DNA of 64,000 nucleotides from the NCBI GenBank assembly GCA_964247055.1, contig OZ176053.1, positions 2,604,001 to 2,668,000 on the forward strand, in the 5' to 3' direction. This document shows, in pieces, positions 1 through 10,719 of the stretch. The position numbers were made by a program, and so were the translations under genes. This DNA comes from Paragordius varius. Lineage: Eukaryota; Animalia; Nematomorpha. The notes under the pieces were generated by a model. The model was not told where the DNA came from. It saw only the letters and a list, made by a program, of their open reading frames with translations, and made no database searches. Position 1 is the stretch's first letter. Each line of letters starts with the position of its first letter.

Positions 1-2082
1 ACATATTAAATGGCAAGAAAATAAGTAGTGTTTCAAATAGTTAGCATAGTTATAATATTACTGTTCGTCGTTATTGGGTAAATTTGGAGGTTTGAGTTTG
101 GGCGAATATACGGCAATATCATCATATTCAATTTCACGTTTGCAATTATGACAAGCCTATAATATTCAATAATTATATAAAAAGGCTTTGAAATACTTTT
201 AAAAACTATAAAATATTAACTAACCTAAATATTATATACTTTAAAAAAATATGTATATTTATTGTTAATTAAATCGATTATTCTTTGATTATCGTTTTAA
301 ATGTAAACAAATAAACCGTCTCTAAACAGCTATCAAACAATTAAAGATTCCCCCTAAGTAACATCGATATAGAATATAGCCCAATATATTAAAATTTTCA
401 ATATCCCATTCAAAATACGAATTTTTACATAAAAAACAACGCCTAGAGGTTCATCATTTTTCCTTCTTTGAATAAAAGTTATTAAGGCGCATAAATTATT
501 TTCTTAATTCATCTCTGATTAATGTTAAATATATCATTACCGTTAAAAAAACATTAATATCCTGACCCTCTAAAAAATTGAAAAATATAAAAAGGTCATT
601 TGTCATAAAATTAACTAGCGAAATGGTTTAATACGTTATCTATTTCCTTTTAAAATGCATTAGTTTTGGCTACTTGCGAAAAACTGTTTAATAAAGACTT
701 CGGACAAAGTCATACATAAAGCGGATCCAGTCGGTTGTATTTATATTAACACGGTAAGAATTTATGGTAACTAATAATTTTATATAATTAACATGGTATA
801 TAAAGTGTGCTGCATATCTCAAACTGAGTTATATAAGGAAATCGCTATACAGTTTCGCTAGAGATTATAGATAGGCATTTTAGCGGAAGCAAAACAGGTA
901 TATAAGGATAACAAATAAATACATACTGCAGAAATATATTTTCAAAAATTTAGTTACATAACTTTGATACAGAAAAATGTATTGAACATGCATTCGCCGA
1001 AAAATCAATCTTAGTCTTAAAAATTAAGACAATCTATTCTTTTTTAATTATAAGCTATTTATTAACGCCATTCTTCAGTAATGAAAAATGACTTATAAAA
1101 TTATGTATCTTGGCATCTGCATGTAATCTTTTGGGAACTCAAATTTGCGATAGAACAATCAGGTAAAAAAAGTGTTCACTTCTCTAAAGTTTAAATAAAT
1201 ATTAAGGCCTTTATTTAATTTGTCAGTGTGCACCATCATGCTTGTATAAAGAAAAAAATATATTATAAGTTACACTATCTATATTTTTAAAATGATTTAA
1301 TCTGAATTTGCAAAACACAACTACAAATTACAATATAATCATTTATCAATGTTATGCAGAAATTATGGAATTGGCATATTTTTATACACAATAGATGTGA
1401 AAAATACTATCTTTCCATACAATTACTATTGATATTTTTATGTTTAAAAATTATGTGTATTATAATAATTAATTCAATATTAATATATTAAAGCATTGAT
1501 ATTTTTGAGAATATATAACTATATTATATTAATTTTTCTTTGTTACAATCTAGCTCAGCGTGGAATATCAAGTAAGAACGTTTGTGAAAAATACTTGGCT
1601 AATTTAATATGCGATTATTGTTGTTACATGCTCAACAAAATTAATTGGTATATTATTACTAAATACCGCAACAAAAAATCACTCTACAGTCGTTACATAT
1701 AATAAGTAATTTTGAAAAAAGGAACAGTAAGCATTAACCAAACTTTAGTAGTAAAAGTATTAAACAGTTGTCATGTCATAATATATATATTCATAAAAAT
1801 ATTTTTTGATTAAAAAACCAAAGACCTAAACCAAATAGTTCGTTTATAAATTAGCTTTTATTTCTCATTAAAGCAGCATGGAGAAAGCAGGCATGTAACA
1901 AATGAATGGTAATTTTATGATAAATGGTTATTTTTTTGATTTGCATAGATGATTAAAAAACATAAATATAATGTATAAAATTTTGATTGTATGATTGGAA
2001 ACAGATGTTGCTCTAAACTAAAAAAATAATAAGATACGTTATTGATTGAGAAAATAATAAAAAATTAATTAGCATAGAAAAG

Positions 2083-2532
2083 TTAATTAGGCTTTATTAC
2101 TTGATCATTCAAGTGATTTTCTTTGGCAAATCCAACATCCAAATAAATTTCGTTTCGTATAGTAACAAATTCATCATATTTGTTAATTATGTCGTCGTCA
2201 GAAAGCTTAGTTTTGTCAAACGGAGTTTTTGGAGAATTACTGGGTTGATCTTTGGTACTGTTATATGTCAGGTATTTGCAATAAGATTTACTAAAATCTT
2301 GTTTCGGTAATTGATATTTTAATTGGAATTGGCGATATCGCTCACCTACAGTGCCGATTCGAGGTATTTTATTGTTTGGTAATTGAGACATGTATTCCTC
2401 GACCTTTATTATGATAAAAAAGTGAACCTGCATTTTATTTAAGCCCTGTGGAACCCAGGAATATATAGGAATGTTTTTTGTCATATCAAAATGTTTATAG
2501 TGATATGATTCGTTACTCGTGTTTATTTTCAT
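2083..2532 (-). CDS. PET-domain protein (Prickle/Testin/LMCD1 family), partial model
   Basis: YSWVPQGLNKMQ|VEEYMSQLPNNKIPRIGTVGERYRQFQLKYQLPKQD..YC and EFVTIRNEIYLDVG match the PET domain once a 24-nt in-frame GT-AG intron (2404-2427) is removed. The frame stays open upstream to ~2640 (HSCRCGEN), so the true start is uncertain. No LIM exons were found. Confidence 0.8.
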   Translation of the reverse strand: MKINTSNESYHYKHFDMTKNIPIYSWVPQGLNKMQVHFFIIIKVEEYMSQLPNNKIPRIGTVGERYRQFQLKYQLPKQDFSKSYCKYLTYNSTKDQPSNSPKTPFDKTKLSDDDIINKYDEFVTIRNEIYLDVGFAKENHLNDQVIKPN

Positions 2533-2855
2533 TTGAATTTGGTGGTAGACGAAATTTTCACCGCATCTACATGAATGAATAATTTTAGTATGTAAAATAT
2601 AAATTTTGCACTTGGATACAAACTTTCGCTTGAGTCCTTTAATTTAAATAAAATTTTAATATTTCTAAAAATATGGGGTTATAATTGAACCATTTCTAAC
2701 ATCAACACAAGGTCCACATAATATTTTGTTGATATATATAAATGTATATAGGAAAATGTGTTAGCATTATCGTGGTGTTTAAATTTATTATTTATGAAAT
2801 TTTTGTTATGCTTTCAGTTTAAAAACGCTTATATAAAAAACACTTTATCTATATA

Positions 2856-5800
2856 TAAGGTGACCAGACGTCCCGCTTTTTCACACTTTGTCCCGCTTTT
2901 TCATAATAAAAATAAATTTTTTTATCCGTTTAAATTTTTTATCATTTAATATCTTTAAAATCTATTCAATTTTAAATTAAAATTTTTATTATAAATTAAA
3001 AATATTTATTTTTTTCGAATTTATCACATGATTATACACTTTGCTTCCTACTACTACTGTCATCATTATCAAAAGCCAAATTAACACCACAAATCTCTAG
3101 ATTAAAAGACAAATTAATACCAAAAATCGGTAGCTTAAAAGAAAAATTGATACCACAAATCGGTACCTTACACGTTTATTCCAGAAAATTAAGGTGATAT
3201 AATATAAATTATACTAATAGTTGTTCAATAGGAGCACAAAAAGAGGTTGTAAATTTAACGATGAATTACTTAAACATTTTCCTTTTATCAAAAAAAACGA
3301 AGAATCAATTATTTGTAAAATGTCTTGCGAGGGGGAAACCCTAGCACATGGCGGCAAGCATGATATTACAAAGCATATGGAAACACAGAAACATAAAAAA
3401 TGTTTAGATATGGCGGCATCATCTTACAAAATGAGCGATTTTTTTCGAAAAACCGCCTTTGGAGAGGAAGAAAAGAATTTGGCACTAGCTGAGGGCGTGC
3501 TATCACGTCGTTAATCAAAATCATTTCTTTAGAACTATAGTCTGTAGTTATTCGCACGTTATTCCATAAAAAATTTACATGTGCCCATACTAAAGCTGAA
3601 GCCATTGTCAGCCACATGCATTTTCTGAAATACAAAATGATTTGCTAAAAAATAATTTCTTATCCCTATACTCTGATGCATCAAATCACCATGAAACAAA
3701 ATTATTTCCCATTTTAATAAGATATTTTGATTCAGAAATCGGAGTAAAAATTAAAATTTTAGATTTATTTCTCTACCCGGTGAAAATTCCGAAATATTTA
3801 CTTCAACAATGCAAATATAAAAAAATAATTTAAAAGATAAAATTATTACATATTGCGCTGACAACACCAATACGAACTTTGGTGGAAAAGCAAGGAAGGG
3901 AACAAAAAATATTTTTTATAAATTAAGAGATAACTAATCAAAACATTATTGGTGTTGGGTGCAGCGCATATAATACACAACGTTATTCAAACAGCTGCTG
4001 ATTTGTTACCCCTATATGTGGAAGTAGTTGTTAAAATATATTCCTATTTTTATTTATACATGGTACGGGTTGAAACGCTTAAGAAATTTTGTAAAAATGC
4101 AGTTCAATATCAAAAAATGCCTGGATATTGTAAAACTTTAGCTCTGCCAGCTATCGAAAGAATTTAAAAATTTGATCCTTTAAAATCCCATTTTTTATCA
4201 CAGGACAAATGTCCTACAACTTTAAAAAAGTTTTTTGAATGAGATTCTTTAAAAATATGGTTATTCTTACATAATCAACAAGCTTCTCTCTTTCAAAATG
4301 TTATTAAATTTATAGAAGGTGACAAAATTTCGGCAATCAAAGTAGCCAATGAAGTTAGTAACCTAAAATTCCAATGTCAAGAACGGTTAGAAAATAATTT
4401 TATACCATTAACCATCCGCAATATAATAGATTATTTAGAAAAACAAGGCTTAAAAAATCGCCAAGATATCCTGTACCATATAAAAAAATTTATACTAACT
4501 GTAAAGATTATTTGGAAGACTGGACGAAGCAATTCAATGAAATTGACCATTTTCATTAGATAACATTAAAATCAGAATTTAATTGCGATGTTCAAAATTA
4601 ATTTGATTATATCTGCTCCCAAAAATTCCAAAAAGTAATCTTTCAGAAAATCGTTTTTCTGAAATATTATTAGTTAAAAAATAAGTTAACTTAAATTATG
4701 GACACAGAAAAAAATACAGTAGAAAAGAAATGGTTATAAATATTTCTCATTTTGAAATAAACTATGTTTCATACTAATATTTTAATTAAGGAATCTGCAC
4801 TATCTTCCTGGAACCAACGCTGCCAATGAGCGCGCTTTTTCCACAGTAAATCAGGTGTGGACATCGGAAAAATCAAATTCAAATGTTGAAACTTTAAAAT
4901 CCATTTTATCTGCCAAATGTAATTTGACAATTCTTGTGAAGATTTCTACAATATTTTAAAAAATGATGACAATTTGCTAAAACGCATTCACTCAAAAAAA
5001 ATATACCAAAGAATAAAATATTTTCTTATATTTATAAAGTTTTGTCAAATTATATTAGAACACATAAAATGGCTTTAATTCAACATTTAAATTTGATTTA
5101 GTGTCCTTACTTAATATACTGTGGAAAAACGCGTTCAATAGTAGTGGATCAGGTAAAGATAATGCAACTACAATTAAAATATTATTGTATGGAACATAAT
5201 TTGCTTAAAAATGAATATTTCAACCATTTCTATCCTACGTATTTTTTTCTGTGGTCCATAATATAAGTTTTCATTCAATATATTTATTTAATAATGAGAC
5301 TTCATAAAAAAAGTGTCATTGTGCACCTTCTTGTCTCCAAATAATTGTTTCTGTTTGTATAAAACATTTTATTCTGGATATTCATTGAGCCTTGTTTTTC
5401 TGGATGCTTTATAATATTGCGATTAGGTAATGGATTAATCTAACTTTTTTTGACTTGGAATTTTGACCTTTGTCCCTTGATAAAAAAATAGGATTCTAGG
5501 AGATCACATTTTTATAAATAATTCAATCGCAAAAGAGTTAACCAACAGTTGTACACCAAGCATTTTAACATCTATATTTTCCACATTCAGGGGTAACTAA
5601 TCAGTAGCTGTTTGAATAGCGTTGTGTATCTGCCAATAATGTTGTGATTAAGATTATTTGCTAAATTGTTAAAAATATTTTTTGTGCCGCTTCTTGCATC
5701 ACCCAGCGCACTTTGTCATGATTTTATCTTTATTATTTTCTAGAATATTACAATCACTTCACTCTTAGTTCGTACACATGTAAGTTTACTGAATAAGGTA

Positions 5801-5967
5801 CAAATAACCTGTAAGGTACAAATTTTTTTATATTTATAATATTGTGTTAAAAATAAATAAAAATTACAATAAATTTTTTGCATAAAAATTTTTGGTTGTA
5901 CCCCCCAATGACCCCTCCCCTTCTCAAATTTGTCCCGCTTTTTCCTTTAAAAAATCTGGTAACCTTA
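2856..5967 (+). mobile_element. hAT DNA transposon, complete ends, degenerate transposase
   Basis: TIRs TAAGGTGACCAGA (2856) and TCTGGTAACCTTA (5955-5967), with 8-bp TSD TCTATATA (2848-2855 and 5968-5975). Interrupted frames encode a BED-like finger (CKMSC...HGGKHDITKHMETQKH), FTCAHTKAEAIV, YSDAS, AHIIHNVIQTAADLLP and the dimerisation motif LPGTNAANERAFS (~4805). Confidence 0.93.
5040..5800 (-). pseudogene. Inverted, internally deleted copy of a related hAT transposase inside the 2856-5967 element
   Basis: The minus strand gives FSKLTCVRTKSEVIV, GDARSGTKNIFNNL, IHNAIQTATD*LPLNVE, RNIIKHPEKQG..FYTN..YLE and ALSLP/TTIERVF. These are colinear with the plus-strand transposase peptides at ~3570-4930. 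Confidence 0.85.
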
Positions 5968-6479
5968 TCTATATAGTTAAATGCTGAATATTTTACCTGA
6001 GAATTTTGGTTGTTTACTCGTCTTCAAATTTTGTGAAAATGAACCTTTAAATAAAAATTAGGAGGGAAAGAAATGTACAGCATCGAATTATGAAAAGTGT
6101 TAAATATATCTTAAAGCGCTTTCCGTTATGCCTCAAAATAGTATGCTAGATGCTTCAACAACTTCAAATTTATGTGTTTAAGAAATGTATGTTAAAAATA
6201 TTTTTCGTTGATATTTATGTTTAGCATATATTAAAAATTTTTTGCGACATCTAGGCAGATTTGCTCTGAAAAACCAGCCCTTTTAGAAGAACAAAATTTG
6301 AGACATCAAATTAATGTTAAAAAGATATTTTTATAATTTTTTACATAGTATATTATATAATTTAAGGGTAATTTTGGCATGAAAATTTATATTTACCAAA
6401 AAATATTATAAGTGCAAATTTTGCTTTCTGAGATAAAGCATCAACCAAAAATTGTGATTCTTATTACTCCTAAAAACTA

Positions 6480-6870
6480 AAAGCAACATATAACACTGAT
6501 TCATTTTTCCATCGTATAAAATCATCAAATTATTTTTTATCCCCGTTTCTGGTCGAACGTGATAAACTGAAATTAAAATTTCATTTGAAAAAACTTATTA
6601 TTACTTACTATTTGCAGAAACATCATGGTACAAATTAAAACAACATGACTTTTGTGCACATAAAATCAAAATAAACTACTGTTACTACTTATTTCAATGT
6701 TAGATGTGATTTAAATTAAATATTAGCTTTAATTTTAGCGTTAGAACAATAACATGATAATTTGTAAAAAGTTAAAGTAAAAATGGCATCGAAGTATTTT
6801 GATTAACTTTTTTCAAAACTGAATTTTTAGATCAGTGGTTTATATATGGGTGCAAAGAAGCCTAGATATT
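6480..6870 (+). mobile_element. Degraded internal fragment of the TTAA-flanked MITE family
   Basis: Shares AATGTTAGATGTGATTT, TTAGCTTTAATTTT and AAAATGGCATCGAAGTA with the intact copy at 7283-7866. Confidence 0.6.
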
Positions 6871-7117
6871 TAAGAGGGGGCGAAAAAATTTGGAAAAAAG
6901 ACCTAAGATTTATTTTAAATTACATAATGTATATTACACTGTGATATTTCCATGAGATAGCTTATAGCTAGCTAGTTCATTTGTCGCAAAAAAAATATTT
7001 GTTCACGACCTAGTTATTAAGATATTGAGACAAAATAGGAATCTGGCAGCAAGTGAGAGGATATTTATGAATAATTAAAAAAAATATGATAAAATTGAAA
7101 TCATAAGATTTATTATC

Positions 7118-8486
7118 ATTTTATTAAATATTTACAATTTATAAATAGCCTAAAATCATATATTTAGGGTTATAAAAACTCCGATCAAAAATCGTGTTTT
7201 TCCTTTGACATCCTTACACAAAAATTATTTTATAAAACTATATTAAAATATTAATTAATTTATTTACTAGCTAAACACACCATTAACACTTGGATACAAC
7301 ACACTCATTTTAGTCCTTCGATTCAAATTGGGGTAGTTGGATACCCTAGGCCTGTTTAAAATCAAATACTTTAAAAAGTATGGAAGGAATCGAAACTATG
7401 ACAAAATTCTGCACTTATATAACATTAATAAACCGAAATATATAAAAAAATTTATTCAATAATACTTGATATTAATTATTTTGAGCTAAATCCGAAAGGT
7501 AAAAATTTCGTCAACGTGACAGGTGTCAAATTTTAAAATTAAAAAATAAGACAAAATAAACCGCTTTTTCTATTACTATCAATGTTAGATGTAATTTATA
7601 TAAAAAAAATAGCTTTAGTTTTACCCTTAAAATTAAATGAAGATGATATTTTCCAAAATTTTTGTAAAATAAAAATGGCGTCGAAGTATTTAGAGATGGA
7701 ACTTTTTTTCACAACAAAATTCTATCAAGATATTTTGGCATATTTATATAATATTTATTAGGATAAAAGCATAAATTTAAATTTCCACCGTTTCCTTCAG
7801 TAGTTTTTTAAAAATTTAAATTTATTCTGGGGTATTTAGATGCCCCAATTCGAATCGAAGTGTTAAAATCACATTTATATTTTATACCGTAAAAATAACT
7901 TGAACAAAATAAACTAAAAAATATGGTTTTTTGTAATCTTCTCATTTGGTTTATAAGGATACAATTATTTTACTGCTTTATTGAAATCTTACATGAGCGG
8001 AATTACAAAATATAAAAATTATACAAAATAGAATTTCCAAGTAATGGAATATAAATTAACATCCCTAAAAATCCCAGTAACAGGTTTGTTTTTACACAAA
8101 TAAATATTTTTATTGGGATTTGTACAGTTTGGTTGATACACTACTTGTAATCCTAATTTGTATTAATTTGTATACTTTATTCCCGCTCATGTAAGATTCC
8201 AAAATAAAACAGTAAATTTATTATACACTCATAAATTAGATAAGAAAAAAATAAAAATACAAAGAAGAATATATATTTAATAATTTTATTTTGAAATGTA
8301 AGTTATTTTTTTGTAAAAATATGAATGTTATTATAATAGGGAGTTTAACTAGTAATAAAATAATTTTTTTATATGTTTTATAATTTTGTCTTTTAAATGT
8401 TTAAGGATACACGATTTTTTGATCCGAGCTTTTATAAAAGCCCTGGATTTTAGGTCACTTATAAATTGTAGATATTTGATAAAATG
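7118..8486. mobile_element. Foldback (long inverted-repeat) element, interrupted by a MITE
   Basis: Outer arms 7118-7205 and 8402-8486 are reverse complements (..AAAACTCCGATCAAAAATCGTGT / ACACGATTTTTTGATCCGAGCTTTT..). Inner arms 7969-8003 and 8179-8216 share AATCTTACATGAGCGG / CCGCTCATGTAAGATT. Confidence 0.7.
7283..7866 (+). mobile_element. piggyBac-like MITE, ~585 bp, TTAA at both ends
   Basis: Begins TTAACACTTGGATAC and ends CGAATCGAAGTGTTAA. It has no ORF and is a close reverse-complement match to 39298-39886. Confidence 0.85.
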
Positions 8487-8771
8487 TGAAAAAATGACCC
8501 TTTTTTGCAGACCGTGTTATGTTTGAAAATTGCTGTATTTAATATTATTTAAACAAAATATTGTTAAATTATAATGTTTTAATTTTTACTGGTTCTACAT
8601 ATTAAAACATAAAAGAGAATATTGTTAAAAGACTAAAAACATAGTTGATTTAAAGCTTTTCCAAGTAGAGGAAGAGGCAATAGAGTTGAATTATGACAAT
8701 TAAAAATCAATTTTATTGAATAACAGCGTTCTCGTACTGCTACGCCGCCCGAGGAAGTCCTTCGGACTTCT

Positions 8772-8792
8772 GGGGGGGGGGGGGGGGGGGGG
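8772..8792. repeat. G21 homopolymer next to a perfect 7-bp hairpin
   Basis: 21 consecutive G. GAAGTCC-TTC-GGACTTC lies at 8754-8770. Confidence 0.9.
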
Positions 8793-8819
8793 TCTTTTTG
8801 ATAAAGGGACACCAAAATG

Positions 8820-10050
8820 ATCCATATGTGGATTTTTCAGAACAATATTTAATAGTCATATCTCATAGGATTTCCAAAACGGCTTATTCATACTAATATT
8901 GTTGACTTGTGTAAAAGTTCCAAATTGACGGCTAACGGAACAAAACCCTATACTATAATTATTACCTTTTTATGGGTAATATTAAGCCATTATTGAACTC
9001 GTATGGCTTCTTAAGTTTTTTGAAAATTAGCTCCAAAGCCACGCCATTTTTATATGGCGTCTCAGTTTTAAACCGGTAGACCCCTCCCATAGGCCGTACG
9101 GGAAAAGCGCTAAGTTAAATTTTTGGCTATATAGGGTAAATATTTGGAATCATCTTTGCATCGTCTCATGGGTTATTTTAAAAATTACCTTAACCCTTAA
9201 TAATCGTTATATGATGACGTATTTTTAGGGCATAAAGGCCCCAAATTAAGGGCTAATAAAAAGGCCTGACCTTAATTTTTACCTAGTTACGGGTAATATT
9301 TTGAACCTTAGATAAGCTCATATGGCATAAGTTTTAAATTAGTTCCACAAGAACGCAACTATAGAGTGGCACAGTTTTTGGAGGGTATTTTTTTACCCAG
9401 AAGCAGGTGTAAAAAGGGGTCGGGCAAAGTTTTGTCTTTATATGGGAAATATCTGGAATTATTATGTACATATGCTCTTTTAAGTTCATGGAAATATGGC
9501 TTTAACAAAAAATTGTTCTATGGCGGCGAATTTTTCAGGGCTTAAAACTTTCTTAGCGACTCAGTGAAATAACCCCCTATACTAAAATATTTGTTTTTTA
9601 AGGGTAATAAATATTTTATACCCTTATTGAACTCACATGGTCTCATAAGTTTTCTGAAATTTGGCTCCAAAGGCATGATGTATGGATATAATAACGCATT
9701 TTTACGCGGGTAGCCCCTACCCAGAACCTATTTAACCGCTAATTTAAAAAAAATCCGCTCGACTTAAATTTTTGCCTTTTTACGGGTAATATTTAAGGCT
9801 CTTATAAAACTTATTTGGCCTGATATCTGAAAAAACCTAAACAACGCAATTTTGTTATGGTAGCGCAGTTTTAGGCGGGTAGCTCCCTAGGTTAATATAA
9901 AAAAGACGTTCGATAATATTTTTTGCCTTTATATGGGAATACCTGAAAATATCATTCATTCCATATGCTCTTAATAGTTTATGGAAGAATGGCTCTAAAT
10001 AATAGTAATAATAGCGCATTTTTTAGGACGTAAAGGGTCTATTAACAGCT
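8820..10050. repeat. Diverged tandem array, ~155-bp unit, about 7-8 units
   Basis: A TATGGG(T/A)AATAT-like anchor recurs at about 8971, 9129, 9288, 9440, 9600, 9781 and 9932. Each is followed by related CATATGG/CATATGCTC, TAAGTT and GCA(G/T)TTTT motifs. Confidence 0.65.
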
Positions 10051-10719
10051 TTTGAAAAAAATATTTTTTGATGTCAAAATTTTGACTATATTTAATTTTA
10101 TCGCGCAATCTCGGTCCTGTTTACTTAAGTCAATACCCATTTTAGACCGGTCCAAATTCTTCAGACTTCAAAGACCACATCTAAAATTCAAAATATTATT
10201 TTGTTTTTACTTTAATGATATATATGATGGTCATTACCTAATGGAATGGCTTTACCACAAAGTGATTAACTTCTTTATACCACTCGTAATGGCCAAAATT
10301 CTGATAATATAACTAACAGATCTAAATAACTTCTTAGGATATTATATTATAAAATATGAAAATCTTTATAATAGTTTTATGGCACATTATTTGGAATGCT
10401 GAACGCTTCGACCATATCAGAAATTTTATAAAAATGTTATAATTAGCATATTCTGGTAGAATTTGGTAAACAATTTTTATTTAATATAGCTATGAAATCA
10501 ACTCAATATCATCAAATTTTATAGTAACTAGAAAGTCTTGGAAATATTTCATCCATGATCTGAACTACCAGGAATAATCATAATTTTATTTTGATGTTAA
10601 GATCTAGCATATATTAAATATTCTTTTGCGTTTTTCCTGGCATTTTTACGTTTCTAATATAAAAAGACTCTGGTCCGATTAAAGATTCCCCCCCCCCGGG
10701 TGCAATAGGAATTCAAAAC

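Noticed and set aside
960-1020. KCIEHAFAEKSIL as a possible cGAS/Mab21-like motif
   Set aside because: The match is too weak and no nucleotidyltransferase core could be assembled.
7320-7345. Recurrent CTTCGATTCAAATTGGGGTA and 21-bp AGGGTGAATT units as possible CRISPR-like repeats
   Set aside because: They are MITE subterminal motifs, not regularly interspaced with unique spacers, and the context is eukaryotic with no cas genes.
8633-8815. ORF with a poly-proline run
   Set aside because: Simply the translation of the G21 homopolymer.
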